Shown here piece after piece: positions 18,955 through 27,983 of a DNA stretch of 37,247 nt (the stretch's first letter is position 1; each line of letters starts with the position of its first letter). The DNA is from an uncultured Bryobacteraceae bacterium. GTDB taxonomy: Bacteria > Acidobacteriota > Terriglobia > Bryobacterales > Bryobacteraceae. Both the position numbers and the translations under genes were made by a program. The stretch lies in NCBI GenBank assembly GCA_964249105.1, contig CAXUBB010000001.1, forward strand, positions 1-37,247. Reading direction: 5' to 3'. The notes beneath the pieces are model-generated. The model made no database searches. It was not told the DNA's origin and was given only the letters and a program-made list of their open reading frames with translations.

Positions 18955-20124
18955 CTATATACGGATGAGCTGCTCTTGTTCGGCTCCCGTAACTTTGGCA
19001 AAGTCATGGCCAACGAAGACGTTCACCTCAGAGCGAATCCCAAAATTCGGCAAATAGATTCCAGGTTCAATTGAAAAGCAGGTATTTGCAATAATCCGAC
19101 GCTCATCGTGGGATTCCAAGTTGTCCATGTTCGCCCCGGCACCATGTACTTCAGTACCGATGTTATGGCCAGTACGATGGAAAAAAAAGTCGCCGTAGTT
19201 ATGAGAGGTGATGTACTCGCGTGCGACATCATCCACCTCCCAGCCTGCCGTAGGCTGACGAGCTTCCATCCTAGCCGATACAAATTCACAGGCTTTCTTG
19301 CGGGCATCCCGGACAATTCCAAATAAAGTTTGAACCTCTTCAGGAATTGTTTCTCCGCAAAAACCCGTCCATGTCACGTCGTAGTAAACCGCATGATGTT
19401 TATCTTGTTTCGCCCAAAGGTCAATCAGGACAACATCATTCTGCCGAATTTCGCTGTTCTTTTCAATCGTCGGCTCATAGTGTGGATCTGAGGCGTTCGC
19501 ATTCGTCGCGACAATCGGTCCGTGATTCGTCGTTAAATTATGTTGACCAAACCGCTGAAGGATAAACTGCTGCACGTCATACTCGGTAACCCGTGTTTTT
19601 GACCGAAGGCGCTCCCCAATCAAAGCAAAGGCCTCACTGCGAATTTGATCCACTAACCTTCCAGCTTGCCAGTGGGAATCAAACTGTTCCTGAGTCCAGC
19701 ATGCTTCAAACTCCTGAACGAGATCAGCGGAGCTAACTACATCTACTCTGCACTGCCGCACCAGTTCAAGCGTGCCTCCGTCAACCAGGGAAATGTACGG
19801 AATAGCGCAGTTCGGCGAGTACTGCATTGCGATGCGTTGGCTGCCGGAAAGGATTTCTTGTAATTTGCTTTGCTGATCCGGCCAACTGACATAACTGTCT
19901 TTACGACCTGGCAAAGTGTCGAGAGCGCCGCTTTCGATGCGATGGACAAGCTTTCTTGGAATGCCCTGTGCTGGGATAAAAAAATACCAGCGCCTTGTGG
20001 CTCCGATCTCATCTGGTAGTTGCAGAATCCGATAGGCGAGTGGATCTCGCCGGTGGTGATCGAAAAAAAGCCATCCGTCCAGTTGATGTTCGGAGAGGGC
20101 TGCTTGTATGCGCTCAACAATCAT
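18955..20124 (-). CDS. M24-family metallopeptidase (Xaa-Pro aminopeptidase/creatinase-like)
   Basis: Metal-ligand blocks DLWAK.., HRTGHNIG, FSIEPGIY and EVNV. 389 aa. Overlaps the upstream symporter gene by 11 nt. Confidence 0.85.
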   Translation of the reverse strand: MIVERIQAALSEHQLDGWLFFDHHRRDPLAYRILQLPDEIGATRRWYFFIPAQGIPRKLVHRIESGALDTLPGRKDSYVSWPDQQSKLQEILSGSQRIAMQYSPNCAIPYISLVDGGTLELVRQCRVDVVSSADLVQEFEACWTQEQFDSHWQAGRLVDQIRSEAFALIGERLRSKTRVTEYDVQQFILQRFGQHNLTTNHGPIVATNANASDPHYEPTIEKNSEIRQNDVVLIDLWAKQDKHHAVYYDVTWTGFCGETIPEEVQTLFGIVRDARKKACEFVSARMEARQPTAGWEVDDVAREYITSHNYGDFFFHRTGHNIGTEVHGAGANMDNLESHDERRIIANTCFSIEPGIYLPNFGIRSEVNVFVGHDFAKVTGAEQEQLIRI

Positions 20125-21547
20125 TGTTGACGATTGTAACGGTCTGAGCCGCTGTCGGCCGAACAGGAGAAGTTGCTAAGCTTACCAGAATTAAGCTTGC
20201 CACGGAAACAAATAGGGCCGGATAAATGGCGTCAACACTATCTACATAGCCATGAACCCAGCTCGGTCCATGCTGCTGTACGATTTGCCAAGCGACCGTA
20301 ACCACTGTTCCAAAGAAGATGGATGTAATTGCGCCGGGTGTTGTCGCTCGTTGCCAGAAGAATACTGCTAAGACTGCGGGGGTAACGGCCGCCCCATAAA
20401 CAGTGTAAGCGTACAAGGATGCCTTCAGCACGGATTCAAACTGCGTAGCTTGCAGAACAGCGAAAATACCGAGTAAAACGACAATGAATCTGGATACAAT
20501 CAGAGTTTTCTTCTGGCTTGTATTTTTGTCAATAAAGCGCTCATAAACATCATGAATCAGATTAGTAGCGGGAGAAAACAGATAGTTATTAGCCGTCGAT
20601 ATTACTTTTGCAAAAACACCTCCCAGCAGAATGGCCCCCAACCAAGAGGGCAGAGCGGTCTTAGCAGTTAATGGAATGATTTCGCGGGGACGATCGGTGT
20701 GCAGTTTTGCGCTGGCTATGACGGCAAGCATAATCAGCAAGGTTTCGAGGGTTACCGTCCCAACGATCCAACCAATTACGGATTTGCGCGCATCGCTCTC
20801 GGAGCGAGCCGAAAAAAACTTTTGATACATCCCCTGATTCCCAATGAGCAGAAGCATGGTGGGCAACATGAGTCCAATTGCCCCGGAAAGTGAGTAGTTG
20901 CCAAGCGGTTGAAAGTGCGTTTTGGGAAGCGCCTGGTGAACAACGGCCCATCCTCCTGTTCGAGAAAGCAAAATTGGCACGGCAACAATAACTGTTACCG
21001 TAACCAAAGAACCAATGAATAAATCGAGATAAGCAATCGAAGCCATACCTGCCGCAGCGGTAAAGAAGATTACGAAGCCTGCCAGGATGTAAAGACCTGT
21101 TGTCCTGTCAATCTGCGGAAAGATGAGGTGGAGGATGTCGCCTCCGCCGATGAATTGATAGCTAGTGATGATGGTATAAGAAATAACAATAGCAATGGTC
21201 GCGAGCACTCGCGCGACTGAGTTATACCGCGCTTCAAGCAGATCTGGAACCGTAAACTGCGCAAACTGCCGGGCGCGCCCCGCAATCAGACTGATCAGAA
21301 GAAGTCCTATCCATCCTCCCAGGGGCTGCCATAATGCAACGAAACCGTTTCTATAGGCATTTTCGGCTCCCGCCAGCAGACTTCCGGCACCGATCCAGGA
21401 CGAAAGAAGCGTAAACACTAAAACAGGCCAACTGAGTGATCTTCCGGCAACCAGAAAATCAGTTTTGTTCTTCACCTGCGCAGCTTTGAACAGCGTAATG
21501 CTGACAAGCAGCACAACTAGCAGTGAAACAGTCACAGCGTAGATCAT
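20114..21547 (-). CDS. Sodium:solute symporter (SSS) family transporter
   Basis: 477 aa, about 13 TM helices, with the GRSLSWPVLVFTLLSSWIGAGSLLAGAENAY signature region. Confidence 0.85.
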   Translation of the reverse strand: MIYAVTVSLLVVLLVSITLFKAAQVKNKTDFLVAGRSLSWPVLVFTLLSSWIGAGSLLAGAENAYRNGFVALWQPLGGWIGLLLISLIAGRARQFAQFTVPDLLEARYNSVARVLATIAIVISYTIITSYQFIGGGDILHLIFPQIDRTTGLYILAGFVIFFTAAAGMASIAYLDLFIGSLVTVTVIVAVPILLSRTGGWAVVHQALPKTHFQPLGNYSLSGAIGLMLPTMLLLIGNQGMYQKFFSARSESDARKSVIGWIVGTVTLETLLIMLAVIASAKLHTDRPREIIPLTAKTALPSWLGAILLGGVFAKVISTANNYLFSPATNLIHDVYERFIDKNTSQKKTLIVSRFIVVLLGIFAVLQATQFESVLKASLYAYTVYGAAVTPAVLAVFFWQRATTPGAITSIFFGTVVTVAWQIVQQHGPSWVHGYVDSVDAIYPALFVSVASLILVSLATSPVRPTAAQTVTIVNNDC

Positions 21548-21585
21548 TACGGGACTATCTTAAAGCAGATCGGATCGACACACGG

Positions 21586-24500
21586 CTAAAGCCGAATAGT
21601 AACGGTTAAATCCCGGCCAGGGATCAGCGCCCCTGCTGCGGTGCCTGATAGCGTCAGCGAAACATTCATCGTGATAGCACCCTCTACCTGTAACGGCGGT
21701 AAGCTCACGCCGTTGAGAAGGGTGGAATTGCTTGAATCGGACGGAATCGCAAGGCTGCAATATTCAACGCCGTTTTGCAGGAGCTGAATTGCTGTGTCAT
21801 AGCCTGAAGCTGCCTGGTTCAGGCCGGCCCGGACATCTCTCACGGCATGTGAAGACTCAATTACCAGCGGTGGTGCGGCATTTTGCTGTGTTCCCAAATA
21901 CCCGCTGACCTGCAATGAAAATTGACCGCCTGAGAGAGTGCGTAGCCCCCCATCGTTAGTTTGTGTAAAACAGACTTGCTGTGCTTGGCTATTGCCGAAA
22001 GCGTTGGTTACAAAAAACTCAGCCGCGCTGACGCGAGCATCGGGCAAGCTAAAGGTATGTAGGAAATTAATAGAAGCTCGATTTTCAAAGAATCCCGATG
22101 CAAACGGGACAATAATGACTTTTGTATCTAGTTGCAAAACTGGCGCGCCTGCGGAATGATTTATTGCAGGGGAGCCGTAAGCGCCTCGTACGACTGACAG
22201 TTTTTTGGTGGAAGTGTCAATCGAGACGATACCCATCACTTCAGTATCGATTTGGATAAAATCACCTGTCTGCGCTGCTGGAAGCGAATTGACCTGGATA
22301 GTAGCGGTAGTCGAATCAAGCCCTGCGGCGAGCACACACGAACTCGCATTCGCTAATTCATTCCAGTAGAAAAGTTGAAGAGTACCGCTTGCAACGGAAG
22401 CAATATTTGCCAGATTGCTAAAGCCGACTTGAGAAATAACAAGGTTCCCGCCTCCTGGAGCATCGAGCGAGAAAGCAGGAATGGCAGGAACTCCAAAATC
22501 AGCTTGCCCTTTTCCAAGTGCTAGGCGTGTCAACGGACAAAGGTCCGGGACACCTTCCTGGTTGTAAACGTTAGCTGCCCTACCGGATATTTGTATGACT
22601 GTACCTGCTTGATATGCAATTTCAAACTGGACAGGGCTTACAGGAGATACTGCGGCAAATCTCCATGATGGTTCGCAAACGACAAATTCGCTTGTAAGAT
22701 CGGGCAGAACCGACCAAGGTGATGCGACGGTTAATGTTGAACTATTGTTGTTTGAAATCAAGCGCTCTTGACCAGCCCCGGAGCCCTCGATAATTCGCAC
22801 CACCTTACCGGCATATGCTAGATTGGTCGCACCCATGTCAAGGCAGCTCAGGGTATTCGAAGACGCACCTGTAGCCTGTAATAGTGAGGAATACTCAAAC
22901 CGGTAGTACAGGTTAACGTGATCAAAGCTCGCGTCTGGAGGACCTATCGGTAAATTAAGTAAGCCGTTATCAGTGAAATTTGAGCTAATTGGCAGTCCTG
23001 TGCCGATACAGTACAGCATTTGCGGGCTGATGCCACGGTACACATTAAACGAACTTGCATAAGCAGGCAAACTGATCTCCGCGATGGTCACACAATTTGT
23101 GTTGGTTCCCACTGGCACCACTGCCGGAACAGTAAAAGAGAGCGGGCCTTCCTGATTGGCTCCATCCACCGCGCTCACAGCGTAATAGTAGGTGCTTCCT
23201 CCAGCTAAGGAACCGCCGGTAGTCTGGAACTGTGCTGCTAAGCTAAGCAGCGGTATGTTGGTTGTTGTCGCACTCGGCTTTCGCGGTTGAGCAAAATTGA
23301 CGGTTATTTTGTCTGTGGCTGTTCCATCATTGAGAGTCTGAATAGATTCTTCCGTCTTGAAATCGAAGTATTCAAAGCCCCCGTTTGAGCTGTTATGCGC
23401 AATTAAACCAATTAGTGGACGGGGAGTACCTACTTGAGATCCCGGCTGCCTGCCTGCTCCAGCTAATATAGAGGGATCATCACTATACCAGTCGTCATTG
23501 TGAACTTGGGCCAACACAGTAACGGCTTGGAAGTTTAGAGACGGTGAGAGCTTGACAACCCGAAATGGCACGCGCTCGAATCCCTCTTTGAGGTATGTAA
23601 GCGCAATAATGTCTCCCGGACGTACCTTTAGAGCTCGAAAGCTTGTCTGAAACTCAACAAATAAGTTACCTTTTGTTGATTTATCCAATTGTCGGAGAAG
23701 TACTCGCGTAGCTTGATTAAAATTTGATATCCCAATTGCCGTTGACTGACTACTAATCTCATACCCAATCAGTGCTGAATCTTCGGAATCGGCGATTGAG
23801 AGACTATCCTGTTGGTACTCGTTTGTCTTATCTTGGAACTCAACACTCAACCGGTTTGAGGTTTCGGCGACTGTACGTGATAAGAGCCGCACCGAAGAGC
23901 TTCCGTCCGAGTTCCGCATAATACCCGAAAATGGCGCTGAAGCATCGCTAAATTCATAAGCTGGCCACCCTCCCGCTAGGGGAATGGTGCTATTCCCGCC
24001 ATCAGGCAGCGCTGATTGTTGTGCGGCTAATGTCGTTTCAGGCAACAACTCAAGCAAGCCGTTCGCACCGTAACGCAGCATCAGACTTGAGGCGGTCCGA
24101 ATACCGCGGACCACAGCAGCTACACTCTGTCGTTTCGTCAGAATCAAGTTGCACTCGTAACGGGGAACTTGGATTATGTTTCCATTGAAATCTGTCGTGT
24201 TGATGACGGCGCTGCAAAAAGCTGCGGACGAGGCAAATGAGGCAACATTCAAGTCGGCCAGAGTCCACCCACAGCGGTTTAGAATATCTAACAACACCCA
24301 AGCAGGATTATTCGAGTATTCAGTCCCTTGTAAACTTGCATTGGCGTCGTAGACATTCACTTGCATGCCTTGCAGCAGCACTTCCACGTTCGGCAAAGCA
24401 CTACCACTGCTAATTCTGTTTGGAACCACAACAGCCAGAACTGTCAGGCTCCCATATGGGTCCCCAAGCGGGTTTCCATTCGCATCTGAAAAGTCTAAAT

Positions 24501-25527
24501 TGAAGTTGCCTGTTCGGGTGCCCGTCGTAATAATGTTGTACCAGCCCGTGCTGGTCATATCTGTGCCAGCAGACGCTTGCGGAATTTCGATATCGTTTAC
24601 GACGACCTTCAAAATGTTTGTGATCGGTCCCAACCCAGTCAGCACTTCCATATGGGTCAAATTTCCATCATTTCTGGCAAAAATAACTGGTGATTTGAGC
24701 CATCCAGCCCCATATACCACGGGAACTGAATCGTTGTATTTGGCAGAGTTACTCAGCAATGGCGATAAGTGAGTAGCTTTATCACCAGACGTTCTAACGT
24801 TAACTACCGAGGGGACAAATTCAAAACCGCCGAAACGCCGGGTTAAATTTCCTGATGCATCTTTATTAAACATTCCGCGCTGTTCGCAATTCAAGCGTGA
24901 CTTGTCGCAGCTTGTAAAAACCTGGCCGGAGCCGAAATTACCAACTCCTCCCGCCACATCAGGCGAGTATCCGCATCGGTAGAATCGCGAGAATATCCCG
25001 TTTGATCCGCCATCCTTAGCTTCTTGCCGCTGATCAGGACTGCTAGGAAAGTTCCAAGGACAGGTACGCTGGATGCGCACATCGGGCAAGGAGATACGTT
25101 GTAAGCTGAGTTTATTCAGAAAGCTGATTGTAAAAAGGTTTTCGGTAATCTCATCGGGATCTCCGGCAATCCCTCGGAACAACACCGTGCTTTCAGTCGT
25201 TGTCAATCGGCTAGGAAGATCCGCGAATGCAAAGTAGACCGTCAGTTGTGAACCCTTGAAGCCAATTGCTGCATTGAGCTCGGAGAGTGCCGAGTCAGCA
25301 TTGGCTAAGGTGATAGATAATTGAGATACGCCGTCCATCGCGTCGTCGCTGGACAACTGCAAGTCGAACAGATTATGCTTTACAACTCTTGCTGCATAGA
25401 TCTGCGAATTGAGAATGGCGTTGTGCGAACACCATCGCTCCACATCGCCGGAAGGCAGAGTGCACTCAAAAAACAGCAATGGAGTATCTGTTTCTGCTTG
25501 CTGTTTCGCTTGGTTGATGGTTAGCAT
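21586..25527 (-). CDS. Tail tip / central fibre protein, apparent fusion of a lambda gpL-like domain and a gpJ-like host-specificity protein
   Basis: 1313 aa. The first ~240 aa resemble lambda gpL: LLFFECTL..., then C156/C185/C207/C214 in RTCPWNF..YRCGYSPD..SCDKSRLNCEQRG..RRFGGFEF. Compare gpL CTWTYRGDECGYSG..DKCSKCLSGC..NFGGF, recalled from memory. Residues ~405-421 SNNPAWVLLDILNRCGW match the gpJ-family motif (lambda J SNNMAWCLWDMLTH). FN3-like segments follow downstream. Confidence 0.7.
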   Translation of the reverse strand: MLTINQAKQQAETDTPLLFFECTLPSGDVERWCSHNAILNSQIYAARVVKHNLFDLQLSSDDAMDGVSQLSITLANADSALSELNAAIGFKGSQLTVYFAFADLPSRLTTTESTVLFRGIAGDPDEITENLFTISFLNKLSLQRISLPDVRIQRTCPWNFPSSPDQRQEAKDGGSNGIFSRFYRCGYSPDVAGGVGNFGSGQVFTSCDKSRLNCEQRGMFNKDASGNLTRRFGGFEFVPSVVNVRTSGDKATHLSPLLSNSAKYNDSVPVVYGAGWLKSPVIFARNDGNLTHMEVLTGLGPITNILKVVVNDIEIPQASAGTDMTSTGWYNIITTGTRTGNFNLDFSDANGNPLGDPYGSLTVLAVVVPNRISSGSALPNVEVLLQGMQVNVYDANASLQGTEYSNNPAWVLLDILNRCGWTLADLNVASFASSAAFCSAVINTTDFNGNIIQVPRYECNLILTKRQSVAAVVRGIRTASSLMLRYGANGLLELLPETTLAAQQSALPDGGNSTIPLAGGWPAYEFSDASAPFSGIMRNSDGSSSVRLLSRTVAETSNRLSVEFQDKTNEYQQDSLSIADSEDSALIGYEISSQSTAIGISNFNQATRVLLRQLDKSTKGNLFVEFQTSFRALKVRPGDIIALTYLKEGFERVPFRVVKLSPSLNFQAVTVLAQVHNDDWYSDDPSILAGAGRQPGSQVGTPRPLIGLIAHNSSNGGFEYFDFKTEESIQTLNDGTATDKITVNFAQPRKPSATTTNIPLLSLAAQFQTTGGSLAGGSTYYYAVSAVDGANQEGPLSFTVPAVVPVGTNTNCVTIAEISLPAYASSFNVYRGISPQMLYCIGTGLPISSNFTDNGLLNLPIGPPDASFDHVNLYYRFEYSSLLQATGASSNTLSCLDMGATNLAYAGKVVRIIEGSGAGQERLISNNNSSTLTVASPWSVLPDLTSEFVVCEPSWRFAAVSPVSPVQFEIAYQAGTVIQISGRAANVYNQEGVPDLCPLTRLALGKGQADFGVPAIPAFSLDAPGGGNLVISQVGFSNLANIASVASGTLQLFYWNELANASSCVLAAGLDSTTATIQVNSLPAAQTGDFIQIDTEVMGIVSIDTSTKKLSVVRGAYGSPAINHSAGAPVLQLDTKVIIVPFASGFFENRASINFLHTFSLPDARVSAAEFFVTNAFGNSQAQQVCFTQTNDGGLRTLSGGQFSLQVSGYLGTQQNAAPPLVIESSHAVRDVRAGLNQAASGYDTAIQLLQNGVEYCSLAIPSDSSNSTLLNGVSLPPLQVEGAITMNVSLTLSGTAAGALIPGRDLTVTIRL

Positions 25528-25537
25528 GATTGTCGTC

Positions 25538-26335
25538 CTAGGCTGCTGCCTCGATACTTACGGTTGTGGCGTATGAGTTAACGTCTTCTGCGATGATCTG
25601 GAGCTGTTCAATGGCCCAGTAAGCGTTTGCATATACTCCACCGGCGGTGGTAGTGGGCAGGTAGCGCGAGGGAGAGATCTGAGACTCTAACTGCATTCCG
25701 AAGACATTTGCTTGTGCTCCGGCCTCCAGGCTAAGGCCCACAGCTATAGTAGACCCGCCATCACTCAGCCGACTGCTCAAAATCAACCGGTTCCAGCCTG
25801 AAGTCAAAATCATCTGCTTTGATTGCTGAGAATTTGGACCGCGTTGAAATACCGTAATAGGAGTTTGTTGAGTAGCTGCTGCATATAAAGAGAAGCAATA
25901 CTGGTAATTAGCTGGAACTTCCAGCACTTGCAATAATTCCTGTGCACTCTGCCCATTGTTAGTAATGCTTTGGGCCGCTGTGCCGCCGAGCGGATCAATT
26001 ATACCCGCCCGAATCTGTAAAGAGCTCGCTTTCTGCCAAGATGCAGTTGTTAGGTCCGTGCTCGACACCAACATGTTTCCGGTTGGGTCAATAAAAGTAA
26101 ATGCACTTAAAGGACCTTTGCAAGCTGTAAAATGCGATTGCAAAGACTGAACGTCAGTAAGCGACAAGTTAGCATATTCTAATTGCCACAGTGTACGCTT
26201 CGCTCCGGAATCTGCCAGCAGAATCATGTTGCCGTCCGATAGAATGTTTTTAATCGTGCGTGTAATCCTCGTTTTGCGTAGCGGATATTGTGCTAAAGCG
26301 CCACTGGTAAGTTGCGGGTAGAAAAGGTTAGCCAT
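25538..26335 (-). CDS. gpM-like tail tip protein paralog with ~170-aa C-terminal extension
   Basis: The N-terminal ~90 aa align by eye with the adjacent 119-aa protein (YPQLTSGALAQYP..DG..W..L....L...F....G....F.F.DP.GN). The extension is beta-rich. Confidence 0.55.
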   Translation of the reverse strand: MANLFYPQLTSGALAQYPLRKTRITRTIKNILSDGNMILLADSGAKRTLWQLEYANLSLTDVQSLQSHFTACKGPLSAFTFIDPTGNMLVSSTDLTTASWQKASSLQIRAGIIDPLGGTAAQSITNNGQSAQELLQVLEVPANYQYCFSLYAAATQQTPITVFQRGPNSQQSKQMILTSGWNRLILSSRLSDGGSTIAVGLSLEAGAQANVFGMQLESQISPSRYLPTTTAGGVYANAYWAIEQLQIIAEDVNSYATTVSIEAAA

Positions 26336-26687
26336 TCGTTTCGATCACCCACAAAGTACTGGAGCCGTTATCGACTCCAACGAAATCATTTGCCATGCTT
26401 GCAACGCCTAGCCTGCAATTCGGCACATTCTGATTACTGAAAGGGTCTGGAAATTCAAAAAGCGAGTATTCACCCTGTTGCTCCAGGAAAAAAGCCTCAA
26501 GCTGATTCATCTCTGACTCGTTCAGTAGCTGAAGGTGAACTTGCCAGCGCCGATATTGCCGCCCTTGATTCAAAAAGCGCTGGTCGGAACCGTCCAAGAA
26601 TCGCATTACTTGTACGCTCTGGCCCAACACAACACTGATTGGGTACTGCGTCACAGCGCCGGAACTGAGAGGAGGGAACGTAAGCAT
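26328..26687 (-). CDS. Minor tail protein, lambda gpM-like
   Basis: 119 aa. RFLDGSDQRF...LEAFFLEQQGEYSLFEFPDP compares with lambda gpM RFGDGYSQRA...LESFLEEHGGWKSFLWTPP (from memory). It sits directly after the tape-measure position. The ATG abuts the upstream stop (TAGATG). Confidence 0.6.
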   Translation of the reverse strand: MLTFPPLSSGAVTQYPISVVLGQSVQVMRFLDGSDQRFLNQGRQYRRWQVHLQLLNESEMNQLEAFFLEQQGEYSLFEFPDPFSNQNVPNCRLGVASMANDFVGVDNGSSTLWVIETNG

Positions 26688-27272
26688 CTAAATCTCCGCG
26701 ATCACGTCATTTAAGCTGGATGAGGTCAAAAGTGCGTTCTTGACAGCCTGCACGATTTCAGATTGCTTGTATACTGGCTCTTGTGCTGGCGCATTTTGGG
26801 AAGCCCCTCGGGAGTTGACGCTTGCCGAAAGCCCTCCAGAAGTTACAAACATTGTTTGCTGCTGAGAGTCGGGAAGCGCAAATCGCACTAGCGGCGCCTC
26901 GCTCTTTCCGCCACCATCAAATAAATTAGTTAGGCCCGAGATTAGAGAATTAATTCCTGATTCCAGAAGATTTCCTCCAATCAGGCTGGCCGCACCGTCA
27001 GAGGCAGTCTTTATTAAGCTTGTCCACTCATTATTTGTGCTAGACGAAGAGCGCGATTTCACGCCAGCGTTGGACGGTGAACCAAACTGAATGCCTTTAA
27101 CAGTAGACACGTTGTTGCTTGAGAGTCTCTTCAAATCTGTTGCAGCACTGATCTTTGTAGTCTGTCGAACTGCTGCGTGTATTTGAGTGACCAAGTTCGC
27201 TGGCGTAAACGCATTATTTGATTTCTGGCTCCCAACCAAATTGCCAGTCGTTGATTTTCTAAGTTTTGCCAT
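26688..27272 (-). CDS. Putative tape measure protein, unusually short (194 aa)
   Basis: The call rests on position, immediately after the G/GT chaperone pair and before the gpM-like gene. It has a strong RBS (GGAGGAG) and a Gly/Ser/Leu-rich segment GGNLLESGINSLISGLTNLF. No family motif was recognised. Confidence 0.45.
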   Translation of the reverse strand: MAKLRKSTTGNLVGSQKSNNAFTPANLVTQIHAAVRQTTKISAATDLKRLSSNNVSTVKGIQFGSPSNAGVKSRSSSSTNNEWTSLIKTASDGAASLIGGNLLESGINSLISGLTNLFDGGGKSEAPLVRFALPDSQQQTMFVTSGGLSASVNSRGASQNAPAQEPVYKQSEIVQAVKNALLTSSSLNDVIAEI

Positions 27273-27983
27273 TTTGCTCCTCCGTCCGCCACACTTCGTC
27301 CAAAATCAGGAGAGCATCGGCGGTTTTTGCATCTACCCACCAAGGAAATCCGCCTCCGAATTGCTTCCACCATCGGAAGTGCTGGAGAAATGTTTTGCTT
27401 TGTGCCGAGATGATTGATTTCGGACACTGAAGTGATACTGTGTCCTTGCGAGCCCAGACCACTCTTTTATTGATCGGCCCTGATTTGTCCATCCATGCAC
27501 AATTGCGCACAGCCACCAATCCGCTTGATCGGCAAGTCTCGCATTCCCACGCGGCTGGTGAGGAAAACTGAAAATGGAATGCGATTAGGAGTTTTTTCTT
27601 TCTTCGTCGGAAAGCTCAAGCTCCGCCCGGACAGCCGAGATAATTTCGTCACAGAGCACTTCTGGGCCTTTTTCGATCAAAAGCTCGGCTGAGGCCTTTT
27701 CCCCATCAATGGCTAATCCCTCAACAACCACAAGGCCCCATTCAAGGTACAGTTTACGAACTAGCAGATCCGCCAAGTGCGCCTCGTTTTTTTCCAGTGC
27801 GTCGCCTGCCTTCAAGAATTCGTACCTTGAACTCAGGAGTTGTATGCGCTCTACCAGCTCAATTCGTTGAGCGAGTGACATCTTCCGTACCGCATACCGA
27901 ATGCCTTTGTACGTATCGCTATTCCGCCAAACAACACTGGAGTACTCAGCTTGTTTATGCAAAGGCGATGTAAATTTCGTCAT
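27259..27983 (-). CDS. Tail assembly chaperone frameshift product, gpGT-like (-1 shift at 27591-27597)
   Basis: The -1 frame is open without stops from the slip site through the 86-aa track ORF: ...DEERKN|LLIAFHFQFSSPAAWECETCRSSGLVAVRNCAWMDKSG...EEQNGKT*. It ends 14 nt inside the tape-measure gene. I verified this codon by codon. Confidence 0.6.
27540..27597 (-). other. Programmed -1 ribosomal frameshift signal: slippery heptamer A_AAA_AAC plus downstream stem
   Basis: On the mRNA strand the heptamer is at 27597-27591. After a 7-nt spacer, CGCAUUCC (27583-27576) pairs perfectly with GGAAUGCG (27547-27540) across a 28-nt loop. Confidence 0.55.
27585..27983 (-). CDS. Tail assembly chaperone, gpG-like (zero-frame product)
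   Basis: It lies between the tube and tape-measure positions. It is acidic, ends ...ELELSDEERKNS*, and has a slippery heptamer 3 codons before the stop. The start is probably the ATG at 27981-27983 (AAGGAA upstream); the track start at 28001 is also possible. Confidence 0.65.
   Translation of the reverse strand: MTKFTSPLHKQAEYSSVVWRNSDTYKGIRYAVRKMSLAQRIELVERIQLLSSRYEFLKAGDALEKNEAHLADLLVRKLYLEWGLVVVEGLAIDGEKASAELLIEKGPEVLCDEIISAVRAELELSDEERKNS

Noticed and set aside
27131-27652. 98-aa (27131-27427) and 61-aa (27467-27652) minus-strand ORFs
   Set aside because: The first overlaps the tape-measure candidate out of frame. The second is in the +1 frame relative to the chaperone and is not reachable by the -1 slip. 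The -1-frame ORF explains this region.
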